Origin: Octopus bimaculoides | Lineage: Eukaryota | DNA length: 64,000 nucleotides | Direction of reading: 5' to 3' | Assembly: GCF_001194135.2 (NCBI RefSeq) | Contig: NC_068981.1 | Span: 11,035,095-11,099,094, forward strand | In this document: positions 38,891 through 50,200 of the stretch, piece by piece | Numbering within the stretch: position 1 is the first letter of the stretch | How the letters are laid out: every line of letters begins with the position of its first letter | Made by a program: the position numbers and the translations under genes | The notes under the pieces: generated by a model | Seen by the model: only the letters and a program-made list of their open reading frames with translations | Databases searched by the model: none | Told to the model about the DNA's origin: nothing

Positions 38891-39789
38891 CACATATATA
38901 TATATATTTACACTCACCCAATATTCAAGGAAGACAGTTAAGTAATGAGAAATAAAATCCTAGATGGTAAGAAGCTGGAGGCGGGCGGGGGGGGGGAACT
39001 TTAGTTTTATTCCATCGAGATATTCTTACTGTTCACAGCCAAAGCGAATAAGAGATGTCACGACAGTGATTATTAGTAAATGATTATTTTTGTGTTGTTG
39101 TTGCTAAGATTGGTTGAAATTCTATCGATCAAAGACTTACTTTGTATGTCTCCGAAGACGTTATGAATGTGGAAACTAAGTTAAATAAATATGTGGTCGT
39201 AATTGGTTAAACATTGATAGCGTTATCTCACACGCACAGATAAATATTTGGCTATGTTTGTGTATGTGATTCTGTGCGTACGGCTGGGAAAGAAGCTAAG
39301 AGGAAAACGGGGTGTTTCAATTAAGGTTTCTAATTAATTCTGTGAGTTTATGCATGGAAACCATATATATCTTGTATGAGGGATATTTATTGTCTTCTTA
39401 ATTACTACTTTATCGAGTGATTCATACACAGATAGCATTGTGGAGTTAATATTAATAGCAGTGGGAGGTGTTGGAAAGGATTTTCAGAAAACTGACAGAG
39501 TCTACTAATTCAATCATGCATTATAGTGAAGTGGATTATTTATTTATTATTTCTAAATAATCGCCATAACCTGATCGATATCAATGATAAACAGGCTGAT
39601 TAAAATAGCATTAAATATTTATTAGCATTCATCACCTCTAATGCTAAAGTAATAAAAACCTCTATATTGATGTGTGTGTTTTACCCCTCGGTCGGGGAAC
39701 AATTAAGACATTTGAGGTCGGCTAAAATTTATAGGAATTATGGTTTCATTGCTGTCATGTTTTATCTTTATCTTTCATCTTTTCATACT

Positions 39790-40247
39790 TTCAGTCATTG
39801 GATAGCGGCCATGCTGGAGCACAATCTCGAAAGGTTTCCTCGAACAAATCAACCCCAGTATTTATTTTTAAATTCCGATAATTGTTCTGTCGCTCCGTTT
39901 TGCCAAATCACTAAGTTACGGGGGCCATAGACACCGGTTGTTAACCGGTTGTGGAGGACAAACAGAAACACAGACACACTACACAGACACACTACACAGA
40001 CACAGACACACAGACACACACACATAGGCACACTCACACACACATACACACACACACACATACACACGCGTGCGCATGTATATATGATGGGGCCTCCATG
40101 CAGTCTCATTCTACTTAATTCACTGGCACGATATTGGCCGGCCCGGGGGCTATAGTAGAAGACAGTTTTCCAAGGTGTCATACAGTGGAACTGAACCTGA
40201 AATCATGTGGTTGCAAATCGAGCTTCTTAGCCATACAACCATACCTG
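39790..40247 (-). mobile_element. tRNA-derived SINE with internal (CA)n-like tract (same family as 13172)
   Basis: Head at 40140-40247 and tail TTCAGTCATTGGATAGCGGCCATGCTGGAGCAC at 39790-39825 are reverse complements of the family. Confidence 0.8.
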
Positions 40248-40399
40248 ACATACTGTTTCTTTTATAGTTAGACCCCACGCCCATGGTGGACGTATTCCCC
40301 TCGAAACTTTTGTGATTGAGGCCATTAATAATCTGCTTAAACAGGTGAAAGTTTGCCACAACAGGAAAAGATATATGGAGGCATAAACGATCAGGATGC

Positions 40400-41200
40400 T
40401 GATATTACAGGGTTAAGTGATGAGGAAATTTTGTAAGATCGTTACCTTGGAGGTTGAATACGATATAAATGATAGGATGAAATGAGTGAGTCGGGGCTGT
40501 TTGAGAGGAAGTGGTACAGAAACACTTTGCTGTTAAGATAAAGGTCAATGTAGCAACAATATAAAAGGCAAAAAGAGGGAACAGCTCGTTTATGGGTCAT
40601 AGATTAGAGGGTGTATGGGAATGTCAACAAGTTCAATGGCTTTTCCAGTGGCGGACTGGGTCTAAAAATACCTGCGACTACAAGGGACCCCACCCGCAAC
40701 TACATGGGCACCCACCCGCAACTACAAGGGGGTCCACCTGCAGCTACAATGCTGTCAATTAATTTTTTTTGTTAAAGTATTCTTTTTAACTGTCTACAAA
40801 CACAGCCAGGCTGAAATGATTAATGCTTTCTTCCAGGAGTGAATAAAAAATTCTCAAACTCGAGGAGATGGGCCTATTAGATACTAACATGAGCCCCCAT
40901 ATATGGATTCCGATGTGCAGGGACCCACTCACCATCGGGCAACCTGACAACCTGGCCAGTCCGCCACTGGGCTTTTCTGTGAATGTGCTCCAGGATATCT
41001 GCAAGTGTAGAATTAGTGTGGAACGACAGTGGTAGGGACACATCTACGCTTTCCTCATATTTGACTGGTACGTGGTTCGGTGATACTTTCTTGATGAGAG
41101 TAGTTGATCGTATTAAAAAAAAAATTTTTCGGCATTTGAAAGAGAGAAACTTGGCTCATGACCCCCGCTGGGAGATGCTTCGCTGTTCTTGTTAAATGCC
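40400..41200 (-). mobile_element. Old Jockey/CR1-superfamily LINE C-terminal remnant, interrupted by the hAT MITE
   Basis: Removing the MITE and one TSD gives LADILEHIHRKAIELVDIP...TSCSLF, resembling the LDR.QRKAIRLI..P...SL.LFY LINE C-terminus. Confidence 0.4.
40646..40969. mobile_element. 324-bp non-autonomous hAT element
   Basis: Perfect 14-bp TIRs CAGTGGCGGACTGG (40646-40659 and 40956-40969); perfect 8-bp TSD GGCTTTTC (40638-40645 and 40970-40977); subterminal CACCCGCAACTACA repeats. Confidence 0.92.
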
Positions 41201-42199
41201 TCGAAACCTCTAGCTTCTATACCCAGAGTATAAATTCGCATTTATACCAATAATAATTAGTGCTTTTGGTTTATGAGTAAATACCTAAATGATAGTCTGC
41301 ATAAACTGGAGTTTCATGAAAAAGAAACCAACCAACTAACACGTACATTACAAATACCATCTGAAAGAAGAACAATAAAAACTTTTCTCAAGTTTCTGAA
41401 GTGTAAAATATGAATTTTTGTTATCTGCGCTCCAGCTATTGAGCAGTGCATTCTTGTTAAAACCTGCTCCTTCCTTAAAGGAAGACTTCAAATGATTAAA
41501 ATCAGAATGGAACACACCAACATATGTATCTATATGCACACATATACACATAGAGACACACAGACACACTAACACACATATATAGCTGCATACAAACATA
41601 TCATGATTGTATTTTATATTGAAGATATTTCGTGAAGTGATTCCTTGCAATCAAGTGATTAATAGCTTTAAAGTTATGTTGACACATTACATAATGCATT
41701 CATATGTTTGCACATTACGTTAGCATTCTTGAATCTATAGTGACAAAGATTTACATAAACGTTTGTAGTTTTCATTTCTTTAAATTCAGTTAGTATTTAC
41801 GATATTGTGTATCCTTTTCTGTCTGTCTTTCTTACTATCTCTCTTTTGTTTTTCATATAGAAAATCATGGTTTCCTTACACAGTTACATTCAGCTCTTAT
41901 TCTTAAAATCTTAAACACATTATGTATAAGAGAGGCAGCTGATGCTGCAGTGAATTCAGACTGTCTACAATGTTAGTTATCAATCACTCTGAAATGTAAA
42001 TGACCAACATGAGGCAAATTTTTAACAGCGATTCTCAGAGAATAGCAGTGAAGTATGTTTCTTATTAGAGACTTCTGTAGATAGTACCCTTCTCCGAAAC
42101 TGAACATAATATCTCTAATAAGTTACCTTATCAGCTGGTTCATAATCCAGAATCATTTGATTCTTTAGTTCAAGACTAATTCCACTTCTTTTGGAATCT

Positions 42200-43346
42200 A
42201 TTTTGTTTGTTTTTTTTTCTAGTTAATTCTAGTTAATTTTTGTTTATTTTCAGATCAGTAAAATGGAATGTCAAGTTAAGAAAAACGATCATTTTCGACA
42301 CCTCATTTTTGCTTTTAATCAAGGTTCTAAGCCCGCAAAAGCTGCTCGCGACATTTGTGCTGTGTATGGAGAGGGTGCCATAGCTGAAAGAACCGCTCGT
42401 GATTGGTATGCCAAGTTCAAAAATGGAAATTTTGACCTCAAAGACGCACCTCGTTCTGGCCGTCCAGTTGAGTTCGATGAAGAGCGATTAAACCAACTTT
42501 TGCACGAAAAATCTCGTCAAACGACAAGGGAGCTGGCAGAGAAAATGGAATGCGTCCACACTGCTATAAAGAAGCATTTTCACTCGATGGGAAAGGTTCA
42601 GAAATACGGAGCATGGGTACCGCATGCTTTAAGTGACAACAACAAAGTCAACGAGCCATAATATCCGCTGGTTTGCTTGCTCGTCATCGCTCAACACATG
42701 GACACAAGCAACCATTTCTTTACCGAATCGTTATTGGCGACGAAAAATGGTGCCTGTACATCAATATGAAGCAACGTAAGGAATGGCTTAGCCCCGGTAA
42801 ACAAGCGACACCGCGCGTGAAACAAGATCTTCATCCACGTAAAACGATGTTGTGCGTATGGTGGGCCTGGGAAGGGATTATCCATTACGAATTGATTGAA
42901 CGGAACCAAACGATCAACGCGGAACTCTACGTTCAACAGATGGAACGACTCAACACAGCTAATCAAGAGAAAAGACCTAATCGTCAGCATGGAGTTCTGC
43001 TGCACGACAACGCCCGCCCTCATATCGCCAATATGACCAAGGAAGCCATTTAAACACATGGCAGGGAAGTGCTGCCACACCCACCGTGCTCTCCTGATTT
43101 GGCACCAACTGATTTCCACCTCTTTCAATCTCTTTCAAATACTATGCCCGGAGTTTCGTTCAATACTGATGCAGAATTGAGAGCTTGGATGGATCGATTT
43201 TTCGTATCGAAATCGGGTGATTGCAAATCTTGTTGAACGTTGGGAAGAAGTTGTAAACAACAAGAGTGAATAGTTATTATTTTTTATTAAACCTTTTAAG
43301 AAATTCAAATTTAAAAACCAGCGGGAATGTAGTTGCCAACCCAATA
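42200..43346 (+). mobile_element. Mariner (DD34D) transposon lacking the left TIR
   Basis: Right TIR ...GCGGGAATGTAGTTGCCAACCCAA followed by TA at 43345-43346; no matching left TIR found upstream. Confidence 0.92.
42263..43270 (+). pseudogene. Mariner transposase pseudogene
   Basis: HTH region, WVPHAL, GDEKW, HDNARPH and SPDLAPTDFHLF, with exactly 34 codons between the second and third Asp. Frameshift near 42650, in-frame TAA at 43051 and a C-terminal deletion relative to the 35-kb copy. Confidence 0.92.
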
Positions 43347-43818
43347 CATACAAGGACTGTAATGATTGCAGCAATCCCAAACAAACCATTCACTAAATGC
43401 AATGACACTGTCTAATAAATGACCAATAATCAATAGACAGATAAACTTACTTTGTCTTTGTAAACATCCACGGTCGCTAGTTAAACATTGATCCAATCCA
43501 TCATCTGCTATACTCTGAGGTAAACACCACTTCTGCTCAGATTACACTCTATATTCCAATTTTATTCAGAATGTTTGTCTTAATTTACATAGAAAACATT
43601 CGCCCCACTACTCGTCCTTTCCTACTGAGAATGACATATCTTTCCTTGCCATTCTACCCCGCTAACTACTGTCTTTTTCACTCGAAATATTTAGTAGATG
43701 ATGAGGTAGTAGAAATCCATCAATCACTGTCTTTATCTACAATGAAAACCCTACAAATGACCTTATTGCAAAGATGTTTCTATTCAGCGTTTTACCTGCA
43801 ATATACAAGTGTGTATAG

Positions 43819-44182
43819 GAGGCGCAATGGCCCAGTGATTAGGGCAGCGGACTCGCGGTCATAGGATCGCGGTTTCGATTCCCAGACCGGGTGAAAACAC
43901 CTAAAGCTCCACGAGGCTCTGGCAGGGGATGGTGGCGAACCCTGCTGTACTCTTTCACCACCACTTTCTCTCACTCTTACACCCTGTTTCTGTTGTGCCT
44001 GTAATTCAAAGGGTCAGCCTTGTCACACTGTGTCACGCTGAATATCCCCAAGAACTACGTTAAGGGTACACGTGTCTGTGGAGTGCTCAGCCACTTGCAC
44101 GATAATTTCACGAGCAGGCTGTTGGTAGGATCAACTGGAACCCTCGACGTCGTAAGCGACGGAGTGCCAACAACAACAACAA
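43819..44182 (+). mobile_element. tRNA-derived SINE with (CAA)n tail
   Basis: GGCGCAATGGCCCAGTGATTAGGGC...GGTTTCGATTCCC head; body shared with 9764; ends GACGGAGTGCCAACAACAACAACAA. Confidence 0.88.
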
Positions 44183-44384
44183 GTGTGTATAATCGTTATC
44201 TTTAAATAACAGATTCTTCATGTTAGATATGATCAAATTCTATGATCAGATAGCGAAAAATCGCCCTCTCAAGTAACATGACAAATTAGTTTCTTTCACT
44301 TCTATATTTAAGAGGTGAGGAATTATGTACATTATTTACATTGTTTGAATTTGAGTGATAATTGTCCTCATCTTGTTTGTTGTT

Positions 44385-44434
44385 AACACAACGTTTCGGC
44401 TGATGTAAACGTTCGGTTGATATCATCAGGTGTC
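44385..44434 (-). ncRNA. Type-I hammerhead motif with a rearranged stem II
   Basis: GACAC-CUGAUGA-[25 nt with no canonical stem II]-GAAAC-GUU-GUGUU; stem I is intact. Confidence 0.5.
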
Positions 44435-44517
44435 TTGAGTCCTCATTCCTAAGGTATTTTTCGATGTTGTTGTTGTTATTATTATTATTAATATATCACC
44501 ATTATGATTATTGCTCA

Positions 44518-44590
44518 GGTCACTGCCTGGAATCGAACTCGGAATCTTGGGGTTAGTAGCCCGCGCTCTTAACCACTACGCCATATGACC
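44518..44590 (-). promoter_or_regulatory. tRNA-like Pol III head (A and B boxes) inside the PLE terminal repeat
   Basis: 73 nt; A box TGGCGTAGTGG, B box GAGTTCGATTCC; acceptor GGTCAT/GTGACC and D stem pair, T stem broken; resembles tRNA-Arg(ACG) from memory. Confidence 0.7.
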
Positions 44591-45124
44591 GTGGGCAATT
44601 ATGGAGTGAATTTTATGGTTTATAAATCTAATATTTTCCTATCCTTCCTTTATACCGGTTCCCACATACTATTCATATCTGCATATGTGCTGCTTCTAGC
44701 ATATGTGCTGCTTCTTTTAGTTTTCGTATTTTCTAGTAGTGTTCCCTGTCTATTATCTTAACTTCATCCCACAGAGGGAGGTGGTCTCCATTCTTCCGTA
44801 CATGATCAGCTCTACCCGATTTATCAATATCTCTTCGTGTCACAGCTTTGCGATGTTCCTCTACCCTTATTTTGAGGGGGCGACATGTCTCGCCTTTATA
44901 AAACCTACCTTTTCGAACGTACTTTATTTCATACTAGATTACCAAATGTTATTCGCATTACTACAGACAGAGAACACCACTGGAAAATACGAAAACTAAA
45001 AGAAGCAGCACATATGCTAGGAAACAACAGACTCCTAAGCAGACCGATACGAATAGCATATAGGAACCGGTATTAAGGAAGGATAGGAAAGTATTAGATT
45101 TATAAGCACTCCATAATTGCCCAC

Positions 45125-45197
45125 GGGTATATGGCGTAGTGGTTAAGAGCGCGGGATACTAACCCCAAGATTCCGAGTTCGATTCCAGGCAGTGACC
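45125..45197 (+). promoter_or_regulatory. tRNA-like Pol III head, second copy
   Basis: Near-identical to 44518-44590. Confidence 0.7.
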
Positions 45198-45367
45198 TGA
45201 ATAGATCGTATGCTGCAAAATGAGGGTGATTTGCCAAGTATTTCTAACAGTCAAACGACTACATATACACTGCTTCATTATTATTAAGTAAGTTAGTTGG
45301 ATAGATCCCATTGATCAGCAAGCAAAGATATGAATCTTGTGTTGTGTTGTGTTCCCACTTTTGAAGA

Positions 45368-45434
45368 CGTGGCGCTGCGGCGGTCGTGGCACTGCGGCGG
45401 TCGTGGCACTGCGGCGGTCGTGGCACTGCGGCGG
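45368..45434. repeat. GC-rich 17-bp minisatellite x4 (CGTGGCACTGCGGCGGT)
   Basis: Units start at 45368, 45385, 45402 and 45419; no spacers. Confidence 0.95.
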
Positions 45435-46144
45435 CTAGGTTAATTATATACAGACGAGGAATTAGGCTCAATCAAAATATAACTGCTTTGAACATTACAA
45501 AGTTATTAATATGATTCGAACATTCGATCCTTCGTATGGTAAAGTGAATTTTCTTAATTCGTCGTAACATAGCACTGCAAGTTCACATTAAATGTTTTCA
45601 ATTTAAACTTCAAAAAATTTACAATTGCAATATTTCTATTTTATATTTATTGTTGATAATATCTGTAACTTATTTTTGGATTGATAATCTTTACATTAAG
45701 CAAATGACCTCCCGAAAGGAGATTCCATGAGTGAAATTCAGGTTTTATTGTTGTGTCTATGAATGAAGATGTTTATTTTTAAAAATAACAATATCATGCT
45801 AGAATCACTTGAGAGTTAACACGATATGAGTCATGCGAAGAATATTTCGGTACGTCCAGAAAATCAGATTATATTAGTCTCTTAGGATTATCATATCTAG
45901 TATTATTCTTGACAGCATGTAATAAATTTAATCCATAATTCTCAACCGAGGTTCCTTAGGTACTCTTCCTGCAATGAAATACAAATCGTAATTCATGATT
46001 TTAACTCGAATTAAAACTTTATATTTTGCAGTTGGTTTCTTTCACGATGCACGAACCATTTCTCATGAGTAAAAATGGAGAAAATTTCTGGAAGTGCTGC
46101 ATTCAGTTTATAATTGACAATGTATTCTTTAGATTAATAATTGG

Positions 46145-46410
46145 CAGTATACATACATACATAATACATACATACATAATACATACATACATACACACAT
46201 ACATATATATAAGCATGTCTAGATATGCAAGAATATACATAAGACATACACAAAAAAACATAAATCTGCACCTATACATACATACATACATACATACATG
46301 CATTCATACATACATATATACATACATACATACATACATAAATACATACATACATGCATAAATACATACATACATACATACATACAGACAGACAGACAGA
46401 CAGACAGAGA
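46145..46410. repeat. Degenerate (CATA)n/(CAGA)n tract
   Basis: Seen directly. Confidence 0.9.
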
Positions 46411-47592
46411 TTCGTATAAACATAAACCCTTGTTGTTGATGTTGAAATTCCGATGAAGGAGGCTTGGATCTAGGTTAGAAACCAGCTCCTTCTCTATTAA
46501 CAAGAAATCTTGAAATAAAACTGCATAATGATATACATGCATACATTCAGGCATGCATACCTGCATACATTGATCCATCCATCCATCGGTATGTATGTAT
46601 GTATGTATGTATGTATATATGTACGTAATGTATGTACGAAATGAACTCACACAAATTAATCTATTCATTTCTTGGTAGATAAACTTTATTATACGACGAT
46701 CTCTTCACATTCGACAGCAAAAGGGGCCGCCTGTCTGCTTCACATTCATTGAATTCAAAAGTATAAAACTACTGCTTTACACATTATTGCTTCGTTGTCA
46801 TTTATATTTCACTTAGATTATGATTTGTATTGTAACATTCCAATAAACACAAATGCTTCAGATGTTTACCCTGAATCCTTTGTGTTGAACGTGTAGATAA
46901 CCAGATACAATGATGGAAGATATAATAATTGCCACTATCTGTCACAACAGTCAGTGGGATTAGTGTTAGCTATCGAATTTTGATCTTCGAGGCAAGGTTA
47001 ATGGTATTAACTTTCATAGAAGTCGTAATAATCAAAATGTATCTTCTTTTGGAAATTTCCACAATTCTGTGTCTCTTATCTACGAAATCCCACTTTTGTT
47101 TCGTGGTTGAATGCGTTTAGCAATGCTGAACGGTAAACTATTTGAAATAACTGAAATTAGATTGAATCAATGTAATAAAGATTTATATTATAGAATTCTA
47201 ATTGATGACGTCAGTATAATGAATAATAAATATTAGACAAAATAAGCAGGAAACATAAAGATATGCTGTGTGTACGTTTCTCACCCGTTCCTGTATCACC
47301 AAAATTATATACGGATAAAAGTGAAGGAACTATATCTCTACACTGATTGTGTTTTAGTCAGTACTATGCACCAAAACTTGTTATACTCAGCATACGAGGA
47401 AAAGACGTATGGCAAAAACAAAAAAATGTCTTCAGAAATAGCAACCAAATCTTCTTTGTGTTAACACAAATGCAACTGTTTGAATAATGGAATAAAATAT
47501 TGGATGATAATCTACAAGATTAATTACTTGTAGGGAGTGTGTAGATTTATAGAAAACCTGTAGAAATAATCATATGTGAGGGAGTGCGTGGC

Positions 47593-47621
<29 letters not shown>

Positions 47622-47628
<7 letters not shown>

Positions 47629-48261
47629 ATTATTATTTCTAAAACTCTCAAAGAGAGATATTCAGTAACAGTTTTTTTAAAGTAAAGGCTATTTGCCAAC
47701 ATAGTGGAGCTCTCCTGGAAAGGACAATTGTTACTGTTGCTTAGCATCCAGTAAACATCGTATCTAGCTGGCTGTACGAAATCTGTGTCCTCATATTTTC
47801 GAATAGGGAGTCTAGCACCCCCACCCAGCACAAAGCAACATCTGTGGATCGGTTTCTGGAGCAACAGTGACAATCGTCCCTTCCAGGAAAGCCACATTAT
47901 GTTTGCAAATAGCTTTTAATTTAAAGAACTGTTACTGAACATACCTCTTTGAGAGATTTAGAAATAATAAAGTTTCTATATATTAAATCAAGTACTGTAA
48001 GTCACTTTGAAAACGATATATTTTCGAACAGGAGTTCACCTAGCCAAGCAGCTGCTCTGTGTTACTAAAGGGCAAAAATCCAGAAACCGATCCACAGATG
48101 TCGCTTTGAGCTGGATGGGGGTACTGCCCCCCCTCCCTATTCGAAAATATAAGGACACAGATATTGTGTCGTATAGCCACCTGGAATGATGTTTCCTGGG
48201 GTTAAACAAGAGTAACAATCGTGCCTTCAAGGACAGCCACATTATGTTGGCAAATAGCCTT

Positions 48262-48263
<2 letters not shown>
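47622..48263. mobile_element. HHR-repeat family locus 1: inverted partial copy (47622-47860, -) plus about 1.2 tandem monomers (47861-48263, +; period 345)
   Basis: GCCACATTATGTT repeats at 47891 and 48236; 47622-47860 is the reverse complement of the forward unit; flanked by (TA)n on both sides. Confidence 0.85.
48056..48098 (+). ncRNA. Degenerate type-I hammerhead (core mutated)
   Basis: UCUGUG-[UUACUAA]-AGGG caaaaa UCCA-GAAAC-CG-AUC-CACAGA: perfect 6-bp stem I, but the CUGANGA box is destroyed. Confidence 0.6.
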
Positions 48264-48308
<45 letters not shown>

Positions 48309-48327
48309 NNNNNNNNNNNNNNNNNNN

Positions 48328-48388
<61 letters not shown>

Positions 48389-48506
48389 GGCGCAGGCGTG
48401 GCTGTGTGGTAAGTAGCTTCCTTCCCTACTACATGGTTCCGGGTTCTGTTCCTCTGTGTGGCATCTTGGACATGTGTCTTGTACTATAGCCTCGGGGTGA
48501 CCAAAA
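48389..48506 (+). mobile_element. SINE 5' part (same family as 13172)
   Basis: GGCGCAGGCGTGGCTGTGTGGTAAG...ACTATAGCCTCGGGGTGACCAAA. Confidence 0.85.
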
Positions 48507-48540
48507 TACACATAAATACACGTATGTATGTATATGTGTT

Positions 48541-48586
<46 letters not shown>

Positions 48587-48906
48587 TGAATGTTTGTGCG
48601 TGTTTCTGTGTGTCTGCGCATATGTATATATAATGTATACATATATACATACACACGCACGTTATATATGTGTATATACAGCATTTTTGTACGGACAATA
48701 TATCGAAAATGGAGAATTTTTTAATTAACTCACACAGGTCGTTGAAATTGCATATCTTGCTACAGTAACTCTTGTTCTACACTATTTATTCATTCTGTTA
48801 TTCTTCGTCGCTGTCATAAAACGTGTTTCAAACAAATATTGCGAGACGTCATTAAATTCTTTAAGGAGGAAGGGAGCGCATATTTTTGGGTGATATATAT
48901 ATATAT

Positions 48907-49270
48907 AAGCAATGTTAAATCTCTGAACGAGGTATTAACAGTAACTGCACGATAAAGTGAAGTATATTTGCCACTTAAATGTGGCTGACCCCGAGGGGTG
49001 GATGTTACTGTTGCTTTTAGCCCCAGGAGAACATCTCCTCCAGCTGGCTATCGACACACTTGTGTCCTGTCTGTATTTGCCAAGGGAAGTTATCCTTCTC
49101 ATCTTGATCTACGATACGTACGTACTCGAGTTTCAGGGTTATTTCCCTTCTTCAGCGTACGACAATCGCCGACCTTCGATGGCAAATATATATAAGTTTT
49201 TCCAGTGAAATTATTCACTGATATCGAAAAACTGAAAACAAGCAATGTTAAATCTCTGAACGAGGTATTA
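48907..49270 (-). mobile_element. HHR-repeat family locus 2: 333-nt monomer plus the start of the next unit, running into a gap
   Basis: Identical 31-mer AAGCAATGTTAAATCTCTGAACGAGGTATTA at 48907-48937 and 49240-49270; body homologous to loci 1 and 3. Confidence 0.85.
49117..49161 (-). ncRNA. Complete minimal type-I hammerhead ribozyme motif
   Basis: CGUACG-CUGAAGA-AGGG aaauaa CCCU-GAAAC-UCGA-GUA|CGUACG: all core nucleotides, 6-bp stem I, 4-bp stem II, palindromic stem III ACUCGAGU. Predicted cut between 49123 and 49122. Confidence 0.9.
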
Positions 49271-49917
49271 NNNNNNNNNNNNNNNNNNNNNNNNNNNNNN
49301 NNNNNNNNNNNNNNNNNNNNNNNNNNNNNNNNNNNNNNNNNNNNNNNNNNNNNNNNNNNNNNNNNNNNNNNNNNNNNNNNNNNNNNNNNNNNNNNNNNNN
49401 NNNNNNNNNNNNNNNNNNNNNNNNNNNNNNNNNNNNNNNNNNNNNNNNNNNNNNNNNNNNNNNNNNNNNNNNNNNNNNNNNNNNNNNNNNNNNNNNNNNN
49501 NNNNNNNNNNNNNNNNNNNNNNNNNNNNNNNNNNNNNNNNNNNNNNNNNNNNNNNNNNNNNNNNNNNNNNNNNNNNNNNNNNNNNNNNNNNNNNNNNNNN
49601 NNNNNNNNNNNNNNNNNNNNNNNNNNNNNNNNNNNNNNNNNNNNNNNNNNNNNNNNNNNNNNNNNNNNNNNNNNNNNNNNNNNNNNNNNNNNNNNNNNNN
49701 NNNNNNNNNNNNNNNNNNNNNNNNNNNNNNNNNNNNNNNNNNNNNNNNNNNNNNNNNNNNNNNNNNNNNNNNNNNNNNNNNNNNNNNNNNNNNNNNNNNN
49801 NNNNNNNNNNNNNNNNNNNNNNNNNNNNNNNNNNNNNNNNNNNNNNNNNNNNNNNNNNNNNNNNNNNNNNNNNNNNNNNNNNNNNNNNNNNNNNNNNNNN
49901 NNNNNNNNNNNNNNNNN

Positions 49918-49954
<37 letters not shown>

Positions 49955-49955
<1 letters not shown>

Positions 49956-50200
49956 AAAGCTCGCTCTTCCACTGTCGTATTCCTTTTTGTAAAATTCATT
50001 GTTTGTATTACTGCACTTTGTTTGCCCAGACTGTTCAAGATATCTCTTCACTTTGTTGTCATTCATGGCTGCTCTGCCGGGGTCTCGAAACCTATTCTGG
50101 AAGTATTTTTTGTACATTGTTTTGTAATCTGTTCAAAAATTTCCTACTATTAGAGTTGTCACTTCAGTATCTTGAACAAGGTTATTACTTCTGTCAAAAT
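49955..50200 (-). mobile_element. Decayed LINE RT remnant (RTE-like)
   Basis: Across frames: KFLNRLQNNVQKILPE*.., FR.PGRAAM, EYDSG.R, resembling RL...ILPE.Q.GFRPGR...AYDSV.R. Confidence 0.45.

Larger units (their letters stand above)
44310..45202. mobile_element. Head-to-head pair of Penelope-like 3' ends (GIY-YIG C-terminus plus terminal repeat)
   Basis: Minus arm (about 44930 to 44310): FYKGETCRPLKIRVEEHRKAV...HLPLWDEVKIIDREH, 3' UTR, tRNA-like head, (AAT)n, HHR. Plus arm (about 44950-45202): DREHHWKIRKLKEAAHML, 3' UTR, tRNA-like head. The arms are inverted copies over about 155 bp plus the coding overlap. Confidence 0.85.

Noticed and set aside
46445-46495. CCGATGA...GAAAC motif
   Set aside because: No NUH triplet or pairing stems; too degenerate.
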